A DNA stretch of 64,000 nt from an uncultured Spirochaetota bacterium (GTDB taxonomy: Bacteria; Spirochaetota; Spirochaetia; SZUA-6; Fen-1364), in contig CAWJSK010000019.1 in NCBI GenBank assembly GCA_963845535.1, forward strand, positions 416,001 through 480,000. The letters run 5' to 3'. Under the pieces are notes generated by a model. The model had not been told where the DNA came from and did no database searches. It worked only from the letters and a program-made list of their open reading frames with translations. The position numbers and the translations under genes are program-made. This document shows, in pieces, positions 30,317-40,276 of the stretch (the stretch's first letter is position 1; each line of letters opens with the position of its first letter).

Positions 30317-31117
30317 GTGGACCATCGAAATGGGAAAGAAGCCCTCCGTCTGGAGGACGTCTCCCTCGACATCGACGGGAGGCCCATCCTGAGAGACGTC
30401 ACCTGGACAGCCTCGCGCGGAGAGAAGTGGATCGTTCTGGGCCGAAACGGAAGCGGCAAGACCTCCCTCATGCGGCTGCTCTCCGGATTCGGCTTTCCCT
30501 CGCGCGGACGGATGCTGGTGCTGGGAGAGCTCCTGGGAAGGACGGACCTGCACCTGCTGCGCCGGAGGGTGGGATGGATCCATGGGGACCTTGCCTCGGA
30601 CATCCCCTCCTTCATGACCGGGCTGGAGGTCGTCCTCTCGGGAGCGGAGGGCAGCCTCGTAGTCTACGACGAGGTCCCGGGCAGCGAGGAGGAGATGGCC
30701 CTGGGAATGCTGGAAAAGCTGGGCATGAAGGAGTTCGCCAACCGGAGCTTTTCCCGCCTTTCCACCGGTGAGAGGCAACGCGTGCTCATTGCCCGCGCGC
30801 TGACCGCCGGGCCCGAGCTGCTCCTCCTGGATGAACCGTGCCAGGGGCTTGATCCGCGCGCCCGGGAGGAGTTCCTCGAATCCCTTTCCCTGCTGCTTGC
30901 TTCCCATCCGGATCTCAGCGTCGTGTGCGTGACGCACCACGTGGATGAGATCATCGAGGGGTTCTCCCATGTGCTGGTCCTGGAGGAGGGAAACGTGATT
31001 GCCCGAGGCCCGCGGAAGACCGTCCTCACGCCTGACATGATCAAACGGCTGTTTGGTGACGGCTGCCGCCTCCATTCCCGCGGCGGCAGGTACTTCCTCA
31101 GCTTCGGCAAGGAGTAG
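30317..31117 (+). CDS. ABC ATP-binding protein (YlmA/ModF-like)
   Basis: GRNGSGKT, LSTGERQR, LLLDEP, VTHHVDEI. Confidence 0.9.
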   Translation: MDHRNGKEALRLEDVSLDIDGRPILRDVTWTASRGEKWIVLGRNGSGKTSLMRLLSGFGFPSRGRMLVLGELLGRTDLHLLRRRVGWIHGDLASDIPSFMTGLEVVLSGAEGSLVVYDEVPGSEEEMALGMLEKLGMKEFANRSFSRLSTGERQRVLIARALTAGPELLLLDEPCQGLDPRAREEFLESLSLLLASHPDLSVVCVTHHVDEIIEGFSHVLVLEEGNVIARGPRKTVLTPDMIKRLFGDGCRLHSRGGRYFLSFGKE

Positions 31118-31120
31118 GGC

Positions 31121-31564
31121 ATGGACAGGAAGCCGGTCGTTTCCAAGCTCACGCGGGGACAGGATGCCTACTACACCGTCAGCTGGTCGAGGCTGAAGAA
31201 AAGCGACAAGTACGAAATCGTGAAGTCCGTCCCATCGGAGGCCGGTATCTACGAGCTGTACTACATGGATGAAAAGGGCAAGCTCTGCCTTTTCCACGTG
31301 GGCAAATCATGGTACGGGGGGCTTCGCAATGAGATCAGGCTCCGCACGGACATCGAGCTGGAGAAGGACGAGGCTCATCGCGCCATCCTGGATGAGCACG
31401 ATTGCTGGTACCGCTGGTCCCTGGTGAGCGCAAGCGACGACATGGCGGACATCATCTTTTTCTTCGCAAGCACGTACCGGTTTGCGGCGAAAGTGCATCA
31501 TTCGGGCCGCTATCGGAACATCTTCGTCAACGAGGTGAGCGCGGACAAGATCGTCTCCATCTGA
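31121..31564 (+). CDS. Conserved hypothetical protein (GIY-YIG-like motif)
   Basis: AGIYELYY...FHVGKS; operonic with the ABC ATPase; coding-like codon usage. Confidence 0.6.
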   Translation: MDRKPVVSKLTRGQDAYYTVSWSRLKKSDKYEIVKSVPSEAGIYELYYMDEKGKLCLFHVGKSWYGGLRNEIRLRTDIELEKDEAHRAILDEHDCWYRWSLVSASDDMADIIFFFASTYRFAAKVHHSGRYRNIFVNEVSADKIVSI

Positions 31565-31592
31565 GCGCCGGCGCTCGCAGCACCTCTCCGCC

Positions 31593-32012
31593 CTAGAGGC
31601 TCCCGAGCTTCTCCACCATGAAGCGGATCCGTTTTGCAAGGGAGACCATGAGCCGGCGCGGCCACTGCGGGCTGGCTGCGTAAATGTCCGCGAAGTTCTC
31701 CTTGGAAAACTCGAGGGCTTCCATCTCGCCCTTGGCGATGACGGTGGCTGATCGCACGGACTTGTCGAAAAAGCTCATCTCCCCGATCACTTCGCCTTTT
31801 CCCAGGGTGGCCATCACGCGGTATTTCTCCCCGACCTTGCGGGTGACGTAAACCTCCCCCGAGGTGATCCAGTAGATCTTCTGCTGGATTTCCCCCTCCC
31901 TGATGAGGACCTGCTTGTCATGGAACTTCTTGCCGAACTTCTCCATCACCGCGGCGTCGAGGGCTTCCTCCGCCTGAAAGGCGATCTTCATGATTTCGTC
32001 ATAGCCTTCCAT
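31593..32012 (-). CDS. Stand-alone cyclic-nucleotide-binding domain protein
   Basis: LIREGE, GEVIGEMSFF...RSATV; starts at the ATG overlapping the upstream TGA. Confidence 0.85.
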   Translation of the reverse strand: MEGYDEIMKIAFQAEEALDAAVMEKFGKKFHDKQVLIREGEIQQKIYWITSGEVYVTRKVGEKYRVMATLGKGEVIGEMSFFDKSVRSATVIAKGEMEALEFSKENFADIYAASPQWPRRLMVSLAKRIRFMVEKLGSL

Positions 32013-32419
32013 CAGCGTTTTCCTTCCTCGCGCCTGCCCAGGCGTTCTCCGAACTCCGCATTCATGATCCTGAGCTCGCGGGTCAGGCCGGTGATGGCCG
32101 CAAAGCCCAGCTCCCAGGAAACGCTGGACGCCAGTTGGAACCCCTCCATGTTCCAGCGGTACAGGATTATCCGTTCGGCCGACTGGACGGAGCCCAGCCG
32201 CGCGCATTCGGCAAGCGGCTCCACCAGCCCGAAGAGACTGTCCGGCATGATCCAAAGGGGAAACGATGCCGCGGCAAGCGGATACTCGAGCTTGGCCATC
32301 CCGGCAATCACGTAATAGATGGGCTTGTCCCCAACCGGGTCACCGGCGCTGAAAATCTGCTCGTGCGCGGGAAAGGTGACCTCTTCTCCGTACTGCAGGA
32401 AATGCGGATGATCTTCCAT
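32012..32419 (-). CDS. Degenerate cyclic-nucleotide-binding domain protein
   Basis: IFSAGD, IYYVIAG, SLFGLVE...RLGSV. Confidence 0.7.
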   Translation of the reverse strand: MEDHPHFLQYGEEVTFPAHEQIFSAGDPVGDKPIYYVIAGMAKLEYPLAAASFPLWIMPDSLFGLVEPLAECARLGSVQSAERIILYRWNMEGFQLASSVSWELGFAAITGLTRELRIMNAEFGERLGRREEGKR

Positions 32420-32523
32420 TCTGCTAGAAATTTCGACATTTTGGGAGCTTTTTATTGAATTCTTTTATCTTTTTGTCTATACTGACGCCATTCCGGAAAA
32501 CCTTCCAACAGCGGGAGTTATGC

Positions 32524-33687
32524 ATGGATCAAGTGAAGCAAAGCCACGCCGAGGAGTACGGCAAGGCGCCCGAGATCATAGCCTGCGCTCCCGGTCGGGT
32601 GAACCTTATCGGTGAGCATACCGACTACAACGACGGCTTTGTTTTTCCCATGGCCATTGATTTCATGGTCCGCGTTGCCATCACCCGCAGGAAGGACAAC
32701 CATCTCCGGTTCTATTCCGTGGATTACAAGGACAGGAAGCGCGCCACGCTCCCCACGCTGCGCTACAGAAAGGAAGATCGCTGGGCAAATTACCCCAAAG
32801 GCATCATAGCTGAGTTCCTTGCCCGCGGCCATGAGCTGAGCGGGATGGACATAACCATCCAGGGGGACATCCCCCAGGGCGCCGGGCTGTCCTCCTCCGC
32901 CGCCCTCGAGGTGGCAACCGGCATCGCCATCCAGGAGCTCTACGGGATAGAGATCGGCAGTGAGGATCTGGCCCGCCTGGCCCAGCATGCGGAGAACGAG
33001 TTCGTCGGCGTGAAATGCGGCATCATGGACCAGTTCATTTCCCGCCTTGCCAGGGAGGGGCACGCCATGCTCCTCGACGCCCGGTTTCTCGCGTATCACT
33101 TCGTGCCTCTTGCCCTCAAGAGCGTCAAAATACTCATCACGAACTCGAAAGTCCCGCACGGCCTGGTGGACTCGGAATACAACAAGCGCCGGGAGGAATG
33201 CCGCAAGTGCGTGGAGATCCTCTCCGTCAAGAAGCCGGGGACGGCCCTGCGCGACTATACCTCCAACGACATCCGTGACAGCATGGGGGTGATCCCGGAA
33301 GGCACACGGAAGAAATGTCTCCACGTGGTGGAAGAGAACCAGCGCGTGTTGGACGCTGAGGAAGCGCTCAAGAAGAGGGACCTTGTCACGTTCGGCAAAT
33401 TGATGAACCGCTCCCATGAAAGCCTGCGGGACCTGTACGAGGTGTCCTGTCCCGAGCTGGATTGGCTCGTGAAAAGGGCATGGGAGACGGAAGGGGTCTA
33501 CGGCTCCCGCCTTACCGGAGCCGGCTTCGGCGGGTGCACCGTCACGCTGATAGAGGAAGAAGCCATCCCCCTGTATAAAGAGCACATCGTGCAGTACGAG
33601 CGTATCTTCGGGTTTCGTCCGGAGCTCTATATCTGCAAGCCGTCGCCCGGCGCCCATGTCCTGGAAAGCCGGTTGCAGCGCACATGA
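32524..33687 (+). CDS. galK: Galactokinase
   Basis: GRVNLIGEHTDYN, GAGLSSSAALE, CGIMDQ, SRLTGAGFGG. Confidence 0.95.
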   Translation: MDQVKQSHAEEYGKAPEIIACAPGRVNLIGEHTDYNDGFVFPMAIDFMVRVAITRRKDNHLRFYSVDYKDRKRATLPTLRYRKEDRWANYPKGIIAEFLARGHELSGMDITIQGDIPQGAGLSSSAALEVATGIAIQELYGIEIGSEDLARLAQHAENEFVGVKCGIMDQFISRLAREGHAMLLDARFLAYHFVPLALKSVKILITNSKVPHGLVDSEYNKRREECRKCVEILSVKKPGTALRDYTSNDIRDSMGVIPEGTRKKCLHVVEENQRVLDAEEALKKRDLVTFGKLMNRSHESLRDLYEVSCPELDWLVKRAWETEGVYGSRLTGAGFGGCTVTLIEEEAIPLYKEHIVQYERIFGFRPELYICKPSPGAHVLESRLQRT

Positions 33688-34427
33688 GGATTCTCGTTAC
33701 CAATGATGATGGAATAGAGAGCCAGGGGATCCGCCAGCTCGCCGAAAGGCTCGCGGACGGGCACGAGACGTGGCTCGTTGCCCCGGAAGGGGAGAAGAGC
33801 GGCCAGTCCCACTCCATCACGCTGAGGGACTCCATCCGCATCCGCTGTCTTGGGGAGCGCCGTTATGCGTGCAAGGGGACCACCGCGGACTGCGTCATCG
33901 TCTCCCTGCTCGGGCTCATACCCCCCAAGGTGGACATGGTCATCTCCGGCATCAACCACGGGCCCAACCTCGGCACGGACATCCTGTTCTCCAGCACTGC
34001 GGCCGGAGCGCGCCAGGGCGCTCTCATGGGCGTGCCGTCGGTCGCGGTTTCCCTGGGGGCGTACGCGCCTCCCTTCGATTTCTCCAGCGCCGCTGATTTT
34101 GTGGCGCGCAACCTGGAGACCTTTCGCGACTTGTGGACGGACGACCATTTCCTCAACATCAATTTCCCTCCGGTGAATGCGGATCATCCGGAGCCCACCA
34201 TCACCTTCCCTTCCCGCAGGATCTACCGGGACAAACTGAACACCTACCGCGCCCCCAACGGAGATACATTCTGCTTTGTCTATGGAGCGGTGCCTGAGGC
34301 CCACTACGAGGCCGGGTCCGATTGCCAGGTGCTGTCGGAAGGGAAGATCTCCATCTCCCCCATCCATGCCCATCCGCGCAACTGGGTCTCCATCGAGGAA
34401 AGGTACCGCCGGGTGAGGTTCCTATGA
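33684..34427 (+). CDS. surE: 5'/3'-nucleotidase SurE
   Basis: ILVTNDDG, GTTADCV, SGINHGPNLG. Confidence 0.95.
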   Translation: MRILVTNDDGIESQGIRQLAERLADGHETWLVAPEGEKSGQSHSITLRDSIRIRCLGERRYACKGTTADCVIVSLLGLIPPKVDMVISGINHGPNLGTDILFSSTAAGARQGALMGVPSVAVSLGAYAPPFDFSSAADFVARNLETFRDLWTDDHFLNINFPPVNADHPEPTITFPSRRIYRDKLNTYRAPNGDTFCFVYGAVPEAHYEAGSDCQVLSEGKISISPIHAHPRNWVSIEERYRRVRFL

Positions 34428-35230
34428 ACGAGAAGTTCGAACGCGCGGTGAAGCTCTACCATTCCCACCGCTACGAGCAAGCCCTCGCGGCTCTTGCGGA
34501 GGTGGAGGGCGAAACGGGCCCGACCCCTGAGCTGGACTACTACACGGGCCTCACCCTCACGCAGCTGGGCAGGTTCGAAGACGCCCTCCTGGCCCTGGAG
34601 AAGGTGGTCAACTCGCACTTCAGCTTCTTGCACATCATGCAGGCGCGCATGGTGCTCGGGTACATCTACTCCGTGACGGGGCGCTACCGGCTGGCCGAGT
34701 TCGAGTTCACGAAGGTGAGCGAGCTTGGCGTGCAGTCCTCCCAGGCGCTCGCCGCGTTGGGATTCGTCTACTACGCGCAAAAGAAAGTGAAAGAGAGCAT
34801 CGAGACGCTGAAAAAGGCGCTGGAGATGGAGCCGAAGAACGCGAACGCGCTGAACTCTCTCGGGTTCATCTATGCGGAGGAGAGGGTCGACCCGCAGAAA
34901 GCCGTGTCCCTGTGCCGCCAGGCTGTGGAAGTGGCGCCCCGAAACGCCGCCTACCTGGATTCACTGGGCTGGGCGCTGTACCGCGTGGGCGGGTTCGACG
35001 AAGCGCGCGTGCTGTTCCGCCAGGCGCTCGACCTTGCGCCGGGGAACAAGGACATTGCCGCCCACATGCGCGCGCTCCTGGACGTCATGAAGGACGTCTC
35101 GCGCCCCGGCTACGCCGCGGTAGTCCGCGCGGGGCGCGGTAAGCCGCGCGGAGGGGCGCAAAGCCCCCTAAAGTTTCTTTCATTTCTTTGGGCAAATCCG
35201 TCGAAAATACAATCAGGAGTGAGCCTATGA
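34424..35230 (+). CDS. Tetratricopeptide repeat protein
   Basis: Multiple TPRs (ALNSLGF, YLDSLGWALY); the basic C-terminal tail may not be conserved. Confidence 0.85.
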   Translation: MNEKFERAVKLYHSHRYEQALAALAEVEGETGPTPELDYYTGLTLTQLGRFEDALLALEKVVNSHFSFLHIMQARMVLGYIYSVTGRYRLAEFEFTKVSELGVQSSQALAALGFVYYAQKKVKESIETLKKALEMEPKNANALNSLGFIYAEERVDPQKAVSLCRQAVEVAPRNAAYLDSLGWALYRVGGFDEARVLFRQALDLAPGNKDIAAHMRALLDVMKDVSRPGYAAVVRAGRGKPRGGAQSPLKFLSFLWANPSKIQSGVSL

Positions 35231-35388
35231 AGGTTGATAGCGTAGCTCTTCCTGCAGTGTCGAACGCTCAGATGAACGATCTTCCGATCATGAACGCGGA
35301 GGAGATCAAAAGCATTCTGTATCTCGGCATCAGGGGAGAGGTCAAGCTCGATCAGGGCACAAAGCACGCTGTAGATACGTACGCCTGA
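35227..35388 (+). CDS. Small protein (53 aa) ending in VDTYA
   Basis: RBS AGGAG, ATGA overlap with the TPR stop, C-terminal xVDxxA motif. Confidence 0.6.
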   Translation: MKVDSVALPAVSNAQMNDLPIMNAEEIKSILYLGIRGEVKLDQGTKHAVDTYA

Positions 35389-35406
35389 TTTCTCTATACT
35401 CGGCTC

Positions 35407-37416
35407 GTGAAACTGCGACCGCTGATCGCGTCCTTTCTTTGCCTGCTGCCCGCCACCATTCAGGCCCAGACGCTCGATTTCAACGCAGTCCGTTCCTCGG
35501 AGCAGTTGCGCCGCGGAGTGCAGGCTTTCCACCGCGGGTTCTTGAGCGACGCAATCGTCTCCCTCGAAAAAGCCATAAGCTACCAACCTTCAAATACCCT
35601 GGCTCAGAAATGGCTGGGGCGCTCGCTATGGAAGTCCGGGTATGAGCAGGAAGCAATAAGGACCTGGAACCAGCTTGTCTCCTCCAACGCCGGGGACCCC
35701 CTCCTTCGTGACTGGGTCTCGGTCACCGAGCTTCGCCGCGGCCTTGGGCGGGACGTCGACGGAAAAGCGAAGTGGGTGGTCTCCGCGGAGCTGGACGGCG
35801 CGCTCAAAGGCGGGTATGCCTTCCGGCGGCCAACCAGCGTTCGCTCGCGCGCGGACGGGAGCTTCTGGGTGGTCGCGTTCGGGTCGAATGAGGTCCTGCG
35901 GTTCGACGCGGACTTCAAGCTCCTTGGCGTGGTCCGCGGCGGCATTGCGGGGCTCGACCATCCCTATGACGTGGCGGAAGCGGGTGACGGAACACTTTAC
36001 ATCTCGGAATACGGGGCCAACCGTATTGCCAAATGCACGCCCGCGGGTGACAAGATCACCACCTTCGGCGGGACCGGGCGGGCCGACGGCAAGCTCGTCG
36101 GGCCCCAGTACCTCGCGCTGGACGGCAAGGGATACCTGTGGGTGACGGACTGGGGCAACGCCCGGGTGGTTCGATACGACCTTGACGGCAAGTTCATCCA
36201 GGCCATCGAGGGGATTGGCGGCCCGACGGGCATCGCCGTCTACGAGGACCGGCTCTACGTGTCCGACAAGACCTCGAAGCAGGTCCTCATCTACGATCTC
36301 AGCGGCAATCCCCTCGGCTCACTCGGTGACGGTGTTCTGACCGGCCCTGAAGGCATCTCCTTCACGCCTGACGGGCAGCTCTTGGTAGCGGACGCCAACG
36401 GCGTCAGGCAGTGCGACGTCGAGAGGGAGGTCTGGACCAGCCTCGGCGACATGAGCGGCCATACGAAGCGCCTGGTCCAGCAGGCCGCCACGCCCAACGG
36501 GCAGGTGCTCGGCGTGGATTTCGACTTGAGCAGGATCGTCCTCATCACGGATACCACCTCCCTGTACGCCGGGCTTTTCGTGCACGTGGACCGAATCAAC
36601 TCCGTGAAGTTCCCTGAAGTCTATGCCGACATTTCCGTGGAAACACGGCTGGGGAGGCCGGTGGTCGGCCTCGGCGTCGACAATTTCATCGTCACGGAAA
36701 ACCACTTCTCCGTTGGCCCGACAATCATGGCGCTCGCGAACAAAGACGTGAAAACCTCGGATGTGTCCCTTGTCATCGAGAGGTCACCAGACTTCGAAAG
36801 CGCCCTTTCGGACGCGCGGCAGGCGGCAGGAGACCTCTACGACCTTGCAACAAGGCGCGGGAGGATCGAGGCCATCTCCGCGGGGGAAACACCGGAGAAA
36901 GAAGCCGATTTCGGGCAGACCCGCCTGCGTTTCATTTCGAGCTCCCTCCAAGGGGGGGCTTCCCCGCAGTGGAAGCTCGGAGCGGCCGTCCGGATGGCCG
37001 GGGATGACCTTCTCACCTCGGTCACAGGAGCCAGGCGGGCAATCGTGTTCTTCACCACGGGCGCTCCCAACGGCGCGGTCTACGCTCCGTATTCTCTTAC
37101 CGAGCTGGCCGCATATCTTCGCAACAATTCGATTGCATTCTGCCCGGTTGTTTTTGGCGAGAAGGAGGCGGGGGACGAGCTGGGCTATCTGGCCTCCGAA
37201 TCAGGCGGAAAAGTGTTCCAAGCATTCGCGCCCGGCGGAATGAAAGACGTCATGACCGAGGTGAGCTCAAGGCTCGTGCCCACCTATACCATACGCTATT
37301 CTTCTCCAACGCCGCCGCAGTTCGGGGACGCCTACATTCCCTTCGAGGTCGAAGTGACCGTGCAAAAGACAAGCGGTCGGGACGAGTTGGGCTACTACGC
37401 TCCGCCGAGTCCGTAG
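35407..37416 (+). CDS. Periplasmic TPR + NHL beta-propeller + vWA-like protein (BB0236/TP0421-like, probable flagellar collar component)
   Basis: Signal peptide, TPR, NHL repeats (PYDVA, VTDWGNARV, PTGIAV, PEGIS), degenerate vWA; galK-surE-TPR-NHL synteny. Confidence 0.7.
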   Translation: MKLRPLIASFLCLLPATIQAQTLDFNAVRSSEQLRRGVQAFHRGFLSDAIVSLEKAISYQPSNTLAQKWLGRSLWKSGYEQEAIRTWNQLVSSNAGDPLLRDWVSVTELRRGLGRDVDGKAKWVVSAELDGALKGGYAFRRPTSVRSRADGSFWVVAFGSNEVLRFDADFKLLGVVRGGIAGLDHPYDVAEAGDGTLYISEYGANRIAKCTPAGDKITTFGGTGRADGKLVGPQYLALDGKGYLWVTDWGNARVVRYDLDGKFIQAIEGIGGPTGIAVYEDRLYVSDKTSKQVLIYDLSGNPLGSLGDGVLTGPEGISFTPDGQLLVADANGVRQCDVEREVWTSLGDMSGHTKRLVQQAATPNGQVLGVDFDLSRIVLITDTTSLYAGLFVHVDRINSVKFPEVYADISVETRLGRPVVGLGVDNFIVTENHFSVGPTIMALANKDVKTSDVSLVIERSPDFESALSDARQAAGDLYDLATRRGRIEAISAGETPEKEADFGQTRLRFISSSLQGGASPQWKLGAAVRMAGDDLLTSVTGARRAIVFFTTGAPNGAVYAPYSLTELAAYLRNNSIAFCPVVFGEKEAGDELGYLASESGGKVFQAFAPGGMKDVMTEVSSRLVPTYTIRYSSPTPPQFGDAYIPFEVEVTVQKTSGRDELGYYAPPSP

Positions 37417-37436
37417 CGCGCGGGAACCGTGCGGCT

Positions 37437-38075
37437 CTACGCCCTCAAAAACGCCTTGAGCTTCTCCGACGCGCTGGCCGCGTCCGGGGCATAACCGTCA
37501 GCCCCTATCTCCTTGGCGTACTGGTCCGTGAGGGGCGCTCCGCCAACCATGATCTTCACCTTCTTGCGCAGACCTTCCTTCTCGAACCTGTCAATGACGT
37601 CTTTCATTCCCGTCATTGTCGTGGTCAGGAGCGCCGACATGCCGATTGCTTTTGCGTCGGGATTGTCCTTGAGACCCTGGATGAACTTGTCCGCCGACAC
37701 GTCGATCCCCATGTCGACAACCTCGATGCCGGCGCCCTGCGCCATCATCTTGACCAGGTTCTTCCCGATGTCGTGCAGGTCCCCCTTCACGGTCCCGATG
37801 AGCATTTTCCCCACGGGCTTGACGCCGGCCTTGACGAGCTCCGGCTTCAGGATATCCATGCTGGCGTTCATGGCCCGCGCCGCAATGAGGACTTCCGGGA
37901 TGTAGATCTCGTTGCATTTGAAGCGCTGCCCGACTTTGTCCATTCCGTCCAGGAGGCCTTTGTTCAGGATGTCCCCGGCCCCGTTCTTGTCCGCCAGGAG
38001 CGCTGAGGTGAGCTCCTTCGCCTTGGGAGCGTTGCCCTTCTGGATAGCTTCCGACAGTTCCTGGAAAGTTGCCAA
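37437..38075 (-). CDS. Corrinoid (B12-binding) protein, methyltransferase/MetH cap + Rossmann domain
   Basis: GDLHDIGKNLV (DxHxxG), SALLTTT, MVGGAP; TTG start after AGGAGG. Confidence 0.92.
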   Translation of the reverse strand: MATFQELSEAIQKGNAPKAKELTSALLADKNGAGDILNKGLLDGMDKVGQRFKCNEIYIPEVLIAARAMNASMDILKPELVKAGVKPVGKMLIGTVKGDLHDIGKNLVKMMAQGAGIEVVDMGIDVSADKFIQGLKDNPDAKAIGMSALLTTTMTGMKDVIDRFEKEGLRKKVKIMVGGAPLTDQYAKEIGADGYAPDAASASEKLKAFLRA

Positions 38076-38214
38076 GGCAGTCCTCCTGTGTGGGCTTCGA
38101 CACTCTGAGGAGCGCGCTGCCTTGCGAAAATCTTGCCGCAGCAGCATTCTCTTGGTTGCCAGAAAGTGCCGAACGTGATACTCTGATATATCATTCTGAT
38201 TCAGGAGAAACCCC

Positions 38215-38448
38215 GTGTCAAGAGGACGCCCGGAAATCGACCACGAAAGGTGCAAGGGCTGCACCCTCTGCGTCGGCGCATGCCCTGAAAAAATCATTAC
38301 CATGTCGAAAGAGGAGTTCAACCGCCAGGGACTTCCCTTCGCCGTGTGCTTTGACGAATCGCGGTGTACCGCTTGCATGTCCTGCGCAATCATCTGCCCG
38401 GACTCCGCAATCACGGTGTTGAGGTTTGCCGCAGCCTCGGGAGAGTAG
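38215..38448 (+). CDS. 2x[4Fe-4S] ferredoxin, delta subunit of 2-oxoacid oxidoreductase
   Basis: CKGCTLCVGACP and CTACMSCAIICP. Confidence 0.92.
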   Translation: MSRGRPEIDHERCKGCTLCVGACPEKIITMSKEEFNRQGLPFAVCFDESRCTACMSCAIICPDSAITVLRFAAASGE

Positions 38449-38451
38449 CTC

Positions 38452-39522
38452 ATGGAGACCATCACAGAAACCGCGCCCGTGCTGATGAAGGGCAACGAGG
38501 CAATCGGCGAAGCTGCCATCATTGCCGGCTGCCGCTTCTATTTCGGATATCCCATCACCCCGCAGAACGAGCTTCCCGCGTACATGGCGCTGCGCCTTCC
38601 CAAGGTCAGTGGGACGTTCATCCAGGCGGAGAGCGAGGTTGCAGCCATCAACATGGTGTTCGGCGCCTCTGCCGCGGGCGCGCGCGCCATGACCTCTTCG
38701 TCATCACCCGGGATCAGCCTGAAGATGGAAGGCATTTCCTACCTGTCGGGCGCGGAGCTGCCAGCGGTCGTGGTGAACATGATGCGTGGCGGGCCCGGGC
38801 TGGGCAATATCGCCGGCGCCCAGGGGGATTATTTCCAGGCCGTCAAGGGAGGCGGCCATGGAGACTACCGCTGCATCGTGCTTGCTCCCAGCTCGGTGCA
38901 GGAGCTGGCGGACCTCACCGTGAAGGCATTCGACCTGGCGGACAAATACCGCATGGTGGTCATGATCCTCGGTGACGGGTTCATAGGCCAGATGTCGGAG
39001 CCCGTCGTCATGCCGAAGCCCTCCGGAGAGAGCTTCGACAAGAGCGGGTGGACGCTGACCGGGGCACGAGGGAGGGAGACGCACATCATCGCCTCCCTGC
39101 GCCTGAACCCCGAAGATGCCCTCCTGAAGCTGAACCTCCGGCTCCAGGCCAAGTACCAGGAGGTGGCGGGGAAGGAGATCCTCTGGGAGGAAACGGAGGC
39201 CGCTGACGCGGACTACCTCCTGTGCGGGTTTGGTCTTTCCGCCCGCATCTGCCGTTCCGCGGTACATGATCTTCGCAAGGAAGGTGTCAAAGCGGGACTC
39301 TTCCGCCCCATCACGCTATGGCCTTTCCCGGAGGCGGCTCTCGCAAAGGCCGCCAGAGGGAAGAAGAAGCTGCTCGTCGTGGAGATGAACGCCGGGCAGA
39401 TGGTGGAAGACGTGAAGCTCGCCATCGGTTCCTCACTTCCTGTGGATTTCCTGGGCACCCTGGGAGGCATCACGCCGCAGGTGGATGCCATCGTCGAAAG
39501 GATCAGGTCATATGCCCGTTGA
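38452..39522 (+). CDS. vorB: 2-oxoacid:ferredoxin oxidoreductase alpha subunit (VorB-like)
   Basis: MKGNEAI, GYPITPQ, AESEVAA, SSSPGISLK, GGPGLG. Confidence 0.88.
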   Translation: METITETAPVLMKGNEAIGEAAIIAGCRFYFGYPITPQNELPAYMALRLPKVSGTFIQAESEVAAINMVFGASAAGARAMTSSSSPGISLKMEGISYLSGAELPAVVVNMMRGGPGLGNIAGAQGDYFQAVKGGGHGDYRCIVLAPSSVQELADLTVKAFDLADKYRMVVMILGDGFIGQMSEPVVMPKPSGESFDKSGWTLTGARGRETHIIASLRLNPEDALLKLNLRLQAKYQEVAGKEILWEETEAADADYLLCGFGLSARICRSAVHDLRKEGVKAGLFRPITLWPFPEAALAKAARGKKKLLVVEMNAGQMVEDVKLAIGSSLPVDFLGTLGGITPQVDAIVERIRSYAR

Positions 39523-40267
39523 AACAGCTCCTGCGCGGTTGGTGTACAAAAGACCGGAATCCCTCGCGGACGTCCCCAACCACTACTGTCCCGGGTGCGG
39601 CCACGGAATCATTCACAAGCTCCTCGCGCAGTGCATTGACGAGCTGGGCATCCGGGAGACCACCATCCTGGTGGCGCCCGTGGGGTGCTCCGTCCTTGCG
39701 TACAACTACCTGCGCGTTGACGGATGTGAAGCGGCGCACGGACGCGCCCCCGCCGTTGCCACGGGGCTCAAGCGGGTCCATCCCGACCGCATCGTCATTT
39801 CCTACCAGGGAGATGGGGACCTGCTCGCCATCGGCACCGGGGAAACCATCCACGCCGCAAACCGCGGAGAGAAGATCACGGTCGTCTTCGTGAACAACGC
39901 CATCTACGGAATGACGGGCGGGCAGATGGCGCCCACCTCGCTGCAGGCGCAGAAGACCAAGACCTCGCCGTACGGGAGAAACCCCAACGAAGCGGGATAC
40001 CCCATTCGGGCGTGCGAGCTGCTCAACACGCTGGAATCGCCCGTGTTCATCGAGCGCTGCGCCGTCAACACGGTGAAGAACGTGCTGCGGACAAAGAAGG
40101 CGCTGATGAAGGGCCTGCGCAACCAGACGGAAGGCAAGGGCTATTCATTCATCGAGGTGCTCTCCATGTGCCCCACCGGTTGGGGGATGGAGCCGCGAGA
40201 CGCTGCTGCCTGGGTGGATTCCGACATGGTTCCGTTCTTCCCGCTCCGAAACTTCAGGGACAAGTAG
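39512..40267 (+). CDS. 2-oxoacid:ferredoxin oxidoreductase beta subunit (TPP-binding)
   Basis: HYCPGCGHG, HGRAPA, QGDGD, NNAIYGMTGGQ. Confidence 0.92.
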   Translation: MPVETAPARLVYKRPESLADVPNHYCPGCGHGIIHKLLAQCIDELGIRETTILVAPVGCSVLAYNYLRVDGCEAAHGRAPAVATGLKRVHPDRIVISYQGDGDLLAIGTGETIHAANRGEKITVVFVNNAIYGMTGGQMAPTSLQAQKTKTSPYGRNPNEAGYPIRACELLNTLESPVFIERCAVNTVKNVLRTKKALMKGLRNQTEGKGYSFIEVLSMCPTGWGMEPRDAAAWVDSDMVPFFPLRNFRDK

Positions 40268-40276
40268 GGGGCCGTC

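Noticed and set aside
38076..38522. N-terminal extension of the corrinoid protein ORF
   Set aside because: Antisense shadow of the ferredoxin and alpha-subunit genes; the real start is TTG 38075 with AGGAGG.
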